In this document: one piece after another, positions 1-11,425 of the stretch
How the letters are laid out: each line of letters opens with the position of its first letter
Numbering within the stretch: position 1 is the stretch's first letter
NCBI GenBank assembly: GCA_002633005.1
Contig: NMRA01000050.1
Coordinates: 1,049,751 to 1,113,750, forward strand
From: Phoronis australis
Taxonomy: Eukaryota; Animalia; Phoronida
DNA: 64,000 nt
Reading direction: 5' to 3'
The notes under the pieces: model-generated
Told to the model about the DNA's origin: nothing
Seen by the model: the letters and a program-made list of their open reading frames with translations, nothing else
Databases searched by the model: none
Program-made: the position numbers and the translations under genes

Positions 1-2166
1 GACCTTCAGTACTTGAGTGAGCATGGTATACTGTGTGATTTATGTTGAATTATTCAACGGTTCTTTTAAGAACCATTTCACGCTATACCTACAACCAACG
101 GCCCTTTTAAGGGCCACTCAACACTTCCCAGAAGAACTGCTCACTTGAGAATGTTGATTTATCAACACGCTTTCGTAGTTTTCTCAGTAGGCCTATGTGA
201 ACCGTAAATCAAAAACTGTCCGATAACTATGCTGCTATTGGGCAAGCAGACGACATAAAGGGTCGGAACCGAAGTTTGAATTTTGAAATTAATTACCAGT
301 AGCATTGCCAAAAGTACTCACAATACCAACACTTCTACTATTGAAAAACTTTGAAAAGCGTTTCAATACCGAAATTAATATAAATTAATGTTTTTTTCGC
401 TGTTTTGGACAGTAAAGTAGATGCAGGTATTTCTCGTCAAATTAAAACTGACCGGAAACTGCAGCAGATAGGTCAGGAGAGTTCAACTCAGCTCGTAAGA
501 ATATGCCGGAGTTGCGAATCTGTTGTCTATAATCTATGATTTTACGGCGTATCAGTGCGTGTATGTGTCCGTGGATGAGCTCTTACTGAGACGATAGGCC
601 TTCATGAGTAATCAAAAAAGTCATTGAGATCAACTTCCGTAGCACAAACTAGCAAACTACATTTTGAAACCACTTTCTAATTCCCAAAACATTGCCACAT
701 ACTGTGCCAAAAGTTTTCCACGTGACCGTTGTTCTTTTTAGTGTGATGGCATGTTTAAGGTATCCCCTTATTTCAAAAAGTGAAAAATTGTTCTTTTCCG
801 TTTTTGCAGTAGATTTTAAGAAAAAATAGAGCATCGAATAAGGATTTGAATGAACTTATGTACAGAAAAGTTGCCAATGAGGTAACATTCATAGTAACAA
901 ACCTTAATATCAAAACATCTAACCACGTTATGTAATGTGTAAGTGATTACATTTTCAACAAACTAAACAGATTATCTGCATTTTATTTTCCTTGTCATTG
1001 CCTAACTAATACATACATACTATGTTTAAGATCAGTTTTACAAACAGAATATATATGTTGACAAATTCCTGGAATTTGAAAAGTTTTCTTTTGGTAATTT
1101 GTCACAAGGAAGGTTTGAAAATGCACCCCCAACAAGAAATTGCGAACTACCTGACATAACAGCTCCAAGAGGTTAATTGTATCCATATAAACATACACAA
1201 TATTCACATTCCAATTGTTTTTATACTCTGTTGTGCTGCACAATATGTGTAAGTCACGTGTATAAAACACAAACATCACTGTTCAATTATTTTACACAAT
1301 ATTTAAACTTAATGAGGGTTTGAGTTAACCCGCGCCTATTCCTATTTGGTCAGATCAAAGCTACATTTGAGTTCTCGCCAAAAGTTATTTATGTTTAAGC
1401 ATCAGTTAAAACCATTGTTTTCCATCCAAAAAAAATAATTATGAAAATAAACGTGCATGGTTGTTGATTTTGGGACGAGTCTGTTTGCTTTGACGTCCTT
1501 TAATGACAATTCATTTTTGCGAGTTTTCCAATATCTTCCAAGTTCCTTCAAAGATCTTCATGAAATTTCTGTGAAATGCGTTTCTATGCACCTGCCCTAT
1601 GCCAGTTTCCGATGAACTTGACCTATGCCTATAAGTCCACAGCACCCAAGAGTGGTCATTCTGCTATGGATCTTCTGATCCCATCAATGGTTTATGTTGA
1701 CACTTTGGATTTTGTTTGCGTTTACTTCAACATCTATCAAGTTCTTGTGGATAATCATAAACATTTAACATATGTTGAGGAAACCACGTGTGATATTGAT
1801 TATTTCACAGATATGATTACCTCATGTCAACCTCTAGAGGTAAAAGGCCATTTTTTCTACCTACCAAGTTATTTGATGGATGGTAATTTTATTTTTCCCC
1901 ACGTGTTCCCAATGCGGAGAAATGTTGATTTTCGAATAGCAACGACTGCCGTGAAAATATCTGATAGTGAGCACCCGTCCCCTTATTTCATGACCGCCAC
2001 ACTTCTCAGTGTGGGCGCAAATCAACAGTCTGTGTTAACGTTTGTGTCATATAATTGAATTCGGCTGTAATATTGCGTCAGTTAGAACGTTTCCAAGATA
2101 TGTGCCCTCGAGTAATTACAATAGTGTGGACATGTGAACTGTGCTGGCTGTGATAACATGGTCCCC

Positions 2167-2366
2167 TATTTAAACTGTACAGGAACGTTAGTACTAGTTT
2201 AGTGACGTTGTGTAATCCTTGTACCAATGACGCTTATTTAGTTCTGTCACAAGAACGCCAGAAGTACTGTAGTAGCGTCGTGTAATCTTTGGCTTGTGTT
2301 ATTTAGTTCTGCCGCAGAACCCAATCTGTATCGAGTCTGTGTCAGGAAGAAAATTTAGAGGTACAC
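2167..2366 (+). promoter_or_regulatory. Candidate TATA box and non-coding first exon of the secreted-precursor gene
   Basis: TATTTAAA at 2167-2174; strong donor GTAAGT at 2367; acceptor TTTTTCAG ending at 2508, just before the ATG at 2514. Confidence 0.45.
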
Positions 2367-2513
2367 GTAAGTAAAATTTTATTGGCTTCGCATAAACGTC
2401 TGTTTAACGGCTCCCAAATAGTTCTAACAAATAAGTTGGTTATGAACTTATCACGCGCTGATTCACATGCTTTATTGATCAATTCATGGAAGAATTTTAT
2501 TTTTTCAGTCAGT

Positions 2514-3851
2514 ATGTCGAAATACTTAATAACTGTCTGTCTGGCGATTACGTGTCATCATTTGCTGACCGCACAGAGCCAGGCAGCAAGGTCGCGGCGC
2601 TTCTTTGGCTTCGACTTTGGCGGTAAGATAATATCTTAATAAAATGCATCATGAATTAAACAAACCTCATTTACCTGCACAGCGAGTACAGTGTGCGTCA
2701 AAAGCTGGAAATAAACGTGAATTCGTAGTCGACGTGTTGCAAGCAATACGTAGGCCTACTCGACACAGCCGTAATGTGCATGTGCACTGCAAATTACATG
2801 TAGATTAGTATTCATGAAAGCCCAAAATCTGTTTACGTCTGTGCTATGGAGTTGGAATACAAGAAGTCGCCAAATAACTGACATGAGATGACTTGTTGCA
2901 GGTATGGGTGTGATGATGGTCTATCGCCAAGAAGTATCAGTAACCGATAACACCAAAATTTTTGCACTGAGTCATAAGTGCTATTTATTTTGCACACCGA
3001 AAGCGGTAGTTCGATTCTAATGAAAATACGGTATTGTCTTGTACATAGTCATGCTCAAATTCATACAAATTCTGAATTTATCTTTTTATACACTTGATTA
3101 CGAGTAGCTAAAACAAGGTCTTTTTATTTAGAAAATAAACCACAATCGAAACAGTTGCTGAAAGCTGACGTGGACGATGCCTTGTCTGGACTTCTGGGAC
3201 GTGAAAATGGTAATAGTCAGTAATTTACCAAATCTGTTACTTGAACAGGTGCAGTTCATTCGAAATGTACATTCATAGAGCTGTACACGTATGCTTTATT
3301 AATCTAACTAGTTTTGCTATATGTATAAGTAATGATTGTAACAATTATTTTAGACCTACAATTAACTTTACGATCGGTATCATTCTTGGCCAAAGGGTAT
3401 AATTGCCTGTGGTCTGTTCTTTTTTCGTGAAAATCAAGTCAGTGGTGCGATAATTTTTTTAGTTGTCCACTTTGTCAAAAAGAAAATGCACCCGAGACGA
3501 GCTTAAACGATGCGGTATGTTTTTACTCAACTTTAACTGTGTGGAAAATGCAAATTATTTGGCTTTAAAAGTAGTGAACCTAGGTTTGAAAAGGAGTCGG
3601 GGGTACCGACCCGAAGAAAATTTTTGTTTTCAGATATACTAGCTAAGGTTTTAATAATCTTTTTTGCTGTTACTTTTCACAGGGAATAAAGTAAAGACAG
3701 ATATCAAAGGTATTCTGAAGTCAAATGTGGACGATAGAGTGTCTCGACTTCTCGGAAATCCAAAAGGTAACCGTTTGTCAATGATCTATTAAAAACCTAA
3801 ATTGTTAATTCGGCTTCACTAATTAAATTATATATATATATCCATATATAT

Positions 3852-3883
<32 letters not shown>

Positions 3884-6800
3884 CTGTGTATTTGGACAGC
3901 AGACCTTCTTTTATACATGTTTCATTGAAAAGTAAGCTGTTCTTGACTTTAATTAGTTTGTACAACACACTTTCGTAGTGTCAGTACACAAGTGTCTTTC
4001 ATCAGATGGTAGTTGATATAGTAGATCACCCAGTGTAAGTGGCATCAAGAACACGTATATATGAGTAAATATATAATAAAACTCTGTACAAAACATTTCA
4101 TAATAAAACAGTAGCGGTACTTCGACTATACATCAGTCATCAAAGGCAAATAAATACTTGACGATGGTATTGTCAACAATATCTGAACGCGAAATTTTCT
4201 GTTTGTGGAGTGTTTGGAAGTGATCTTTAATTGATCCATTCTGTAAATGCATAGATAACCGGCGAGATAAAGTGCAAGTTGCACTTTATCTCGCCGGTTA
4301 TCTATGCATTTACGTGACTCCTTTCGTTTGAAAATACTCTAAGCTTTAAAAACTGAAACTCCTGACATAAATTCCCAAGATACTGGGTTCCATCGTACCT
4401 TGTCGTTATATAAATATGTAACATCTATGCATTTTATTAAATTTTACGTTTCATAGTACATTAGTTTCCATGACAATTCCTTCTGTAATTGCGCTCTTAT
4501 GTATGCAACCTTATATTCGTGTATAATGTCATTGTTCTTGTTTCATGTATCTTACACGATACCGTTTATGATTTTTAAATTTATTTGCCTTTGATGACTG
4601 ATCTATAGTGGAAGTACTCGTCGTTTTATTATTATTATTATTATATATATCTAATCATTGCGTTCTGTATGAATTTACTTATTGGAATTATTGTGTTTGT
4701 AGCGTAAGCATATTCAGTGAGCTGTAACACAGAGGATAGCCAGGGAAAAGCTGATAAATTTAGAAACCATATACCGTAGATGCGCTTATTTAACCCCATG
4801 GCTTTAGTGTAAAATTGCATGTTTATATCTCGACTCACAAACGCGTGCATGACCAAGGGGCAAGTGTTGAAATAGAAAAGGTGAATAGCGGTTTTTATTT
4901 ATCCGCTACCAAACAGTAGATATTGACAGATTTTTTCTTTAACATTATTAAAAGCAGGTTTTAGTTCTGATCTGTTGTTGCTTTGTATGCACTGATGCAG
5001 TGTTTTATTGCATTGTTTACGTTTACAGACAACGATACCTTAATAGCAACTTTGTAAAACACGCTGACGTCACGAATATTCGTGTTCAACTTGGTGGAAA
5101 ACAACTCGTTTGGATGGACACCTTGCTTAAAATACAGACAACGCGTTTTGGGATTGTTGAAATTATTAGCTTTAGCTAGAGCTACGAAGCAGCACGGCGC
5201 GTTATTTGATTTCCTCAGTCTTTTTCGCCAGACTTTGGCTGAAATCAGGCTAGTGACTTGACAAGTTAATCACGTTTAAAGCTGCATTCCTTCCCGTTAA
5301 GCTGGCCAGACACGAACACGAGATCAGGCCTTTTACTCTTGTCAATCAAGATTCTACTTCCGTTACCAAGAAAAACATCGAAACCATCAGCGACTTAAAA
5401 ACTGGCAAATTTTGCAAAATCGCATATAAATTAATTTGATTAACGGATCGAGCGATTTATACACGTAAATTCACTGTACATGTACATGCATGCTGGCTAT
5501 GGGAAAAGACCAAGCTCGTCGTACAACGTGGCTCTATTTGTGACTGATGAGAAATTAGGTTTGCGGGTTTTTATAGAAATATTTCATGAAAGCGAGGTAC
5601 CACTTGTGCAAATAGCGTGCTAAAGAAACCAGTTTGGATGAATCACCAACACAGGGCGTAGTATACTTTTACCTATATGCTTCCTGCAGTTGAAACCAGA
5701 TATTTCTGAAATGCGCAAATCTTGACCGTGTACGAAAGAAAGTACGGTTGGTGCATTTAAGACAATAACTGAGATGAGGTCAAGTAGTCATTGTCCAGAC
5801 TATAGAAGACATAAAACTTGACAACTTCACGTTCATTTTTTTAATTTTTGTAGTTCAATCCAAAGTTAAGAAAGTATTAGCTCTGGCAGCGGCTGCGAAG
5901 ACTATTCGCAATGACGTAGCAAAAACCAAACTGAAATCTCAAGGTAAGTCTTCAGATTGCTGAAACATTTACCCTTTCTTTCTAATTTGTTTGTTGGGAT
6001 AACAAAGCCGTGCTGGGCAATAACTAAAAAATTATTAGAGCAATGGGTCCCACCTCTCCAAATACCGTTTTAACATTGATGGCTAACCCACCCAAAAGTT
6101 TATTCTTTTTGATAAAAGGGAAGTATCGCTTGCTTGAAATTAATATCCAGGCCTTTGCAGTCACATGGCCGTGGTTTTCTGTGTCTAAAAATGATTTTAG
6201 AGCCACACTCCAACCAATTTTAATGAAAATTAGACTAGAATGCTGGATTGACAGGGCATTTTGAGATTTTCTAAACGTGTGGTGTATATGAATGGCATTT
6301 GTTTGATTTTTATAGGTTAATTTTCAAAACAAATTATCCGCTCTTTGAGCCATTTTTCTTGCAACCGTAGCTGTTCTTAAACATTTCCATTTCCTAACGC
6401 CAAGAAAAATTTTGGCTGGAAATTCCGATGCCCGTCAGACTTTTCACTAGAGTGATTTAAAATTCTGAGTGCGTTGTTTGCTTGTTAGTGCCTGGTTGTC
6501 GTATGATAGTCGTAGCACTGGGATGACAAATGCCAAATTTGTGTGCTTTTCCGCGTTTTTATATATGCCTTGGTTTGCAGTGACCATAAACGCCATAGCA
6601 TGCACTTTGAAAGTATTTTCTTATAGTGCAAGTTTCATGAAGTGTTGGTATCTGCACGTGTTTCGTATTTTTAGTTTTCTTATTAACTATTTTGTAGAAG
6701 ACAAAATAACGCTTCCTTAAACCTGCCTAAGGATACACCTTCCTACTAATATTTTCACGGAGATCGCCCAAATTTTCGAAAGTCTGTAAAATTTCCCAAA

Positions 6801-7316
6801 AAAAAATTATGGTTTGGGCGATTCAGCCAAACCAGCAGGCTCCAATTTTTAACGAAATTAAGCCGTGTCCCAAGAAAATCGCCTACCAAAGTTATTTAAC
6901 ATCCAATGAAGAGTGAAAAGTTTGGAAGTCTCAATTTTTTACTGCCGAGTTAGTGTCATGCCTGAAGGGTAGGCGTTGACATTTTTTACAGCCATTAGGC
7001 CCATGAGTAAAACTGTGCTTTTTACTTTCGGCATTTTACATGTATTCTTACATTTAGTATACAATGTTCCGTTATTTAAAAATCGGCAGCACATGCACAT
7101 ATGTCGTGGACATGGAGTTATGCATCTGTCACTTAGACAGTAGAAACAATAGTTGACTATATTATCACGTATTACTGAAGCACTCAAACGTATTTCCATT
7201 ACACTGATGACGACAAAAGTCTTTAGGTCCAATTATTCACCTCGGAACAGTTGTGTTTCATTTCAGGTTCTCATTTTCTGGGAGACGCTCTATCCGGCGT
7301 ATTTGGCAATTGGTGA
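2514..7316 (+). CDS. Uncharacterised secreted precursor, 136 aa (signal peptide + RSRR furin site + cationic helical repeats); coding exons 2514-2622, 3132-3209, 3683-3766, 5854-5943, 7267-7316
   Basis: All four introns are GT-AG and phase 1. The joined 411-nt frame is open: MSKYLITVCLAITCHHLLTAQSQAARSRR/FFGFDFGENKPQSKQLLKADVDDALSGLLGRENGNKVKTDIKGILKSNVDDRVSRLLGNPKVQSKVKKVLALAAAAKTIRNDVAKTKLKSQGSHFLGDALSGVFGNW*. AATAAA at 7390-7395. Confidence 0.75.
3851..3889. repeat. (TG)n microsatellite, preceded by (TA)n
   Basis: Read directly. Confidence 0.95.
4101..4631. mobile_element. Non-autonomous foldback/MITE element with ~55-bp imperfect terminal inverted repeats and an internal perfect 71-bp palindrome
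   Basis: TAATAAAAC...GTACTTCGACTATACATCAGTCATCAAAGGCAAATAAAT (4101-4155) is inverted at 4579-4631; perfect palindrome at 4243-4313. Confidence 0.7.
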
Positions 7317-7389
7317 GAAGCGGAGACATTCGTGCCCCTTGTGGAAGATCGCAACGAAGTGTTTGAATGGACTGTGTTCGTAATTATAA

Positions 7390-7395
7390 AATAAA
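7390..7395 (+). terminator. Polyadenylation signal of the secreted-precursor gene
   Basis: AATAAA about 75 nt after the TGA stop. Confidence 0.55.
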
Positions 7396-8229
7396 TGCAT
7401 TAGCACAATACCCTGGTTCATTGCCCTTTATAGTTCTACTTAGGGATCAGTATACTGGTGCCTAGGTTTTACAAAGCAATTGCGTCTGACGCAACAAGAC
7501 TTGTTTTCGTAAGGAGGAGAGCGGGGCTCTGGGGGACAAAAGCCCTCGGGCACCACAGAAAAAAAATAAAAGTGGACATTATTGTTGGAAGATTTATTTT
7601 GGGGGTGGAGATTGGAAGTAATTGTGAGCGCAATCGACCCGTCGACACCAATTTCGCTCGCCCGTCCGACATCTGAATTTCGTCTTTCCAATAATTGCGA
7701 TGGCAATCCGCCACTAAAGTGGTTTTCTTTCCTGTCTGTCTGCCTCTCTATCTTTCTGTCTGTCCGTTGAGGGAAGTCATAGATTATAATAAATGTTTTT
7801 CTCGCCGCTTTGTTAGTGAAACGCTACCTTCAACTTCATGGGCCGCTCTAGGTCCACAATCGCCAACCCTATGGTAAACTTGATATTGAAGTTAAGACTG
7901 GTCGGTTGGGTTACCTTTGCAGTGCTGTAGTGGATCGCAGGCGCACGTAGGCGCTGCCAGCCATCATTTTACATCTTAACGTAGCGCCCTACGACCAGTA
8001 CGGAAGTGACGGTATAGTGGGGTGTAGTCTTGATAGATAGCTTCCGGCATCTATGCACTGTTTCGCTGACGACAGCATTGTTGCCAAATATTCCAGCGTG
8101 TGACCTTACATCCTGGACAATTGATTCAAAGTGTTGTTGTGAACTTGGAGTGGCATTGACTTGGCAATGATGAGCAGTCACGTTACCCTCTTTTGGGTAT
8201 GTTGGACCCCAAAACGTGACCGACGGGGT

Positions 8230-8481
8230 CCAGGATTAGAAATACATGAAGAGCACGAAGTTAGGCGCCATATTTGCTATCGGTTTGGGTTGGTTGTTAC
8301 AACAGCAATCAGAGGAATGCGTGAGTTTGTAGAAATGGTGGAGACTGTTAGAGTAGACAACCTACCAAGTGCTCTTTGACAACTGGACCTCTGCATTAAG
8401 AGTCTTCCTTACAGAACAGCTAAATGTGAACGAGGATTCAGCGAAATAAACAAAATAGTAACAGACGATTGCTCTTGTTTG
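8230..8481 (+). pseudogene. hAT transposase C-terminal dimerisation-domain remnant
   Basis: One frame with a single internal stop: EHEVRRHICYRFGL...AIRGMREFVE...LPSAL*QLDLCIKSLPYRTAKCERGFSEINKIVTD. This fits the hAT P-x-S/T-A-x-C-E-R-x-F-S motif. Confidence 0.7.
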
Positions 8482-9366
8482 CTATTATATAAACCACCTC
8501 CATCTCGCTGTTTGGCAAGGTCAATGGTACCCCGGTTTTCGCGTTCGACTCACAACCTTATTAGTCCAGTCATTCTAGGGCTCCAGAGGGCCCAACCTAG
8601 AAAAAATTGCAACAGAAGTTTTTTTTGCATAAATGGCATCTTCAAACATCCCTTAGTGTCAGAAAAAGAATCTACCGAAATCGGAGTGGCGGAAGTCGGT
8701 TTTTCAAGATGGCGGAAAAAATGGCCGACAAAACCAGTGTTAACTGTTTTCTGGCATATTACTCTTATGTAACAGCTAAAAATAAAACAATAAAGTCTGT
8801 CATTGATTATATACTTTTCATAACAGGCATACCAATCAAAAGATGCCAATTTTCCGTAAAATAAAACCAATATGGCCGACAAAATGGCGGCCGAAACGGC
8901 AATTTGGTACATGTTGCAAGATTCCTTTTTATATTTTGCCCTGAAATTGGCAAAAGTTTTATTCTTTTGTAAGTTAGACAATTGAAAATGTCTGGACCTT
9001 ACAATTGGTCACTGGTTTGCGAGAAAAAAATCAAGATGGCTGACAAAATGGCCGCTAAAATGGCTGCCAATTCACAAACCCTTAGGTTCTGCAAACTTTG
9101 TTTGTAACCTGATACGCATTTACACAAAAACATTTTACAATCTACAGTCAGCGTTAACGAGTTGATTGTTTCTATAATTTGTTTTTAAGATTTATATACT
9201 AAATGTGGAATTTTAATCACATTTTAGATTATATAACATAAAAGTCGGTGTGTTTTTCAGAAAAGGCTTTAGTTAAATTTTCATAATAAATTTTACAAAT
9301 TCATATATTTTTCTGTAAAATATATTCATTTGAGGTATCAAAAATAATATTTTTTAGAACAATGTG

Positions 9367-10478
9367 TTATTCTGGTGGAGTTATTGGCTTATTCATTATA
9401 CAAACCCTTAATAAAATTGGGTAGGAAGTGGCTTTTTTCTCTGTTATTGGAGATATTATTAGTTGTTCCCAAGCATCGATTTCGTCTGCTGCTGGCATGT
9501 AGTGAGAATTTGGCTGCTGATTTCACCTGAATTTGATGAAAAGCAAATAGGATTGTATAACAAAAAGTTATTAATTTAATTTTAATAGTTAGGACCCACA
9601 ATTTGTTTAATATGCATGCTTTTTATGAACATAGGTAACTGATTTTAGAGGAAATTAGTGCCTGCAAACAAAACGACAGTGATCTGCAGTCACTTATTCT
9701 TAGCCAGGCTTGAAAGATTTCATACTGAGATGAGCTTTCTGGAATGTATTGGATACGTAATGTCAAGCACAGGGCTTCAAGGAGTTCTTGAGACGGTGTA
9801 TGCATCATCAAACAGTGTGATCCTTATGTTAAATGGAAAAAGTGTGGATAGAGCAGTGAGGGGGCATATGTTGGTAGACTCAGCACTGAATTCTATCATA
9901 AAAGCCAGAACATTCAACATCCCACTTCCAAATATTGACAGATCAAGTAACGCCAATCCGAAACCAATGAAGAAAGAAATTCAGGTTCTTCAGAAATTCC
10001 AGGAGTCCGGAATGTCACCAATACAGAACACACAGATTACATGCCAAGAGGTGGAGCAGTTCAATGCTTGTACATAAATTTTGGCTCGTCAGAAGATGGA
10101 GACAGATTCTTCAGACATCTCAGACATCCCAACTGATCACATAACTAGATGTATACTATGGGGCATGCCATGCCCAGCCAGTGTCTTCCGATTCTGAACC
10201 TTGGATTACAATGGAATGCCCTCACGAGAGTTCACTTCTGGTTTCCGACCTACTGCCATTGGTATATTCAAACACGACTGAATCAGAGTATAGGTCTTCA
10301 GAATCACAGTGACAGAGAATAGTTCGTCAGAAGAATCAATGTCCAATGATATTCTTCGTGATGATTTGAGAGCTGGTCTGAAGCAATATGATGATCTTAT
10401 TGCTGGCATGACGTCTGTGTGCGACGATGTATGCTCGACGGAGTGTCTTGTGGGTGTCCATAAAAAATCAAAGCACAT
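9367..10478 (+). repeat. Copy 1 of an Academ internal segment, also present at ~11128-12170
   Basis: Highly similar direct repeat by eye; copy 1 ends exactly at the N at 10479. Confidence 0.85.
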
Positions 10479-11425
10479 NATTTTCTTCAATACTGAATAA
10501 TGTTTTTGCAAATTTAGCGCATCTCATCTAAGTAATAGTGCATATAAATTTAACTAACCAAAGAGCAAATCTTTATGCATTCTTGCTTAGTGTTTTTTTG
10601 TGTTTTGGCTATAGTAGGCCTAAAAGCTTAATAAATTCAAAAAATCTATTACGTTCAGCAATTACCCTCAAACTTTCTAGTTGCCCTTCAATAAGTGTTT
10701 TGCAGCACTTCTTATAAGCAGACTAGCAGTGAACAGTGAGCAGTTGAGTTACTTAAGTGTCTGTGATTGCCTTCACGTTTCTGCGCTCTGTTGATTGCTG
10801 GAAAAACTTTTCCTCAGATGTTTGCGTTGCAGGTATTCAAATTCAGATTGCTTACGTAACATTAACACTAGGTAATCAGTTGCGCTTTCAAACGTTGTTT
10901 CCACGTCACCGCTACTTAAGCGCTCTAAGCAACCCAATGAGGCATTCGTTCTGATTGAAGTGAAAGCGATTTAGGGAATAGACTTTGCACACAAGTTTTG
11001 GGAGACGTTTGCAGATAGGCAAACTGAAAATATTCAATACGTGTCTCGGCAGCGCTTGTATTTTCCAAGTCAGTTGCTTTGAGAGACAGCTGAAATACGA
11101 TCTGGTCACTTGATTTGTTAGAAAAATATGTTATTCTGGTGGAGTTATTGGCTTATTCATTATACAAACCCTTAATAAAATTGGGTAGGAAGTAGACTTT
11201 TTTTCTCTGCTATTGGAGATATTATTAGTTGTTCCCAAGCATTGATTTCGTCTGCCACTGGCATGTATTGAGAATTTGGCTGTTGATTTCACCTGAATTT
11301 GATGAAAAGCAAATAGGATTGTGTAACAAAATGTTATTAATTAAATCTTAATAGTTAGGACCCACAATTTGTTTATGATATGCATGCTTTTTATGAACAT
11401 AGGTTTCTGATTTTAGAGGAAATTA

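Noticed and set aside
1576-2058. 160-aa ORF
   Set aside because: No recognisable domain or splice context; may be TE debris or chance.
5029-5057. Extra exon of the secreted-precursor gene
   Set aside because: A phase-1 join gives DNDTLIATL* with an early stop; the model skipping it is open and ends in a motif-bearing exon.
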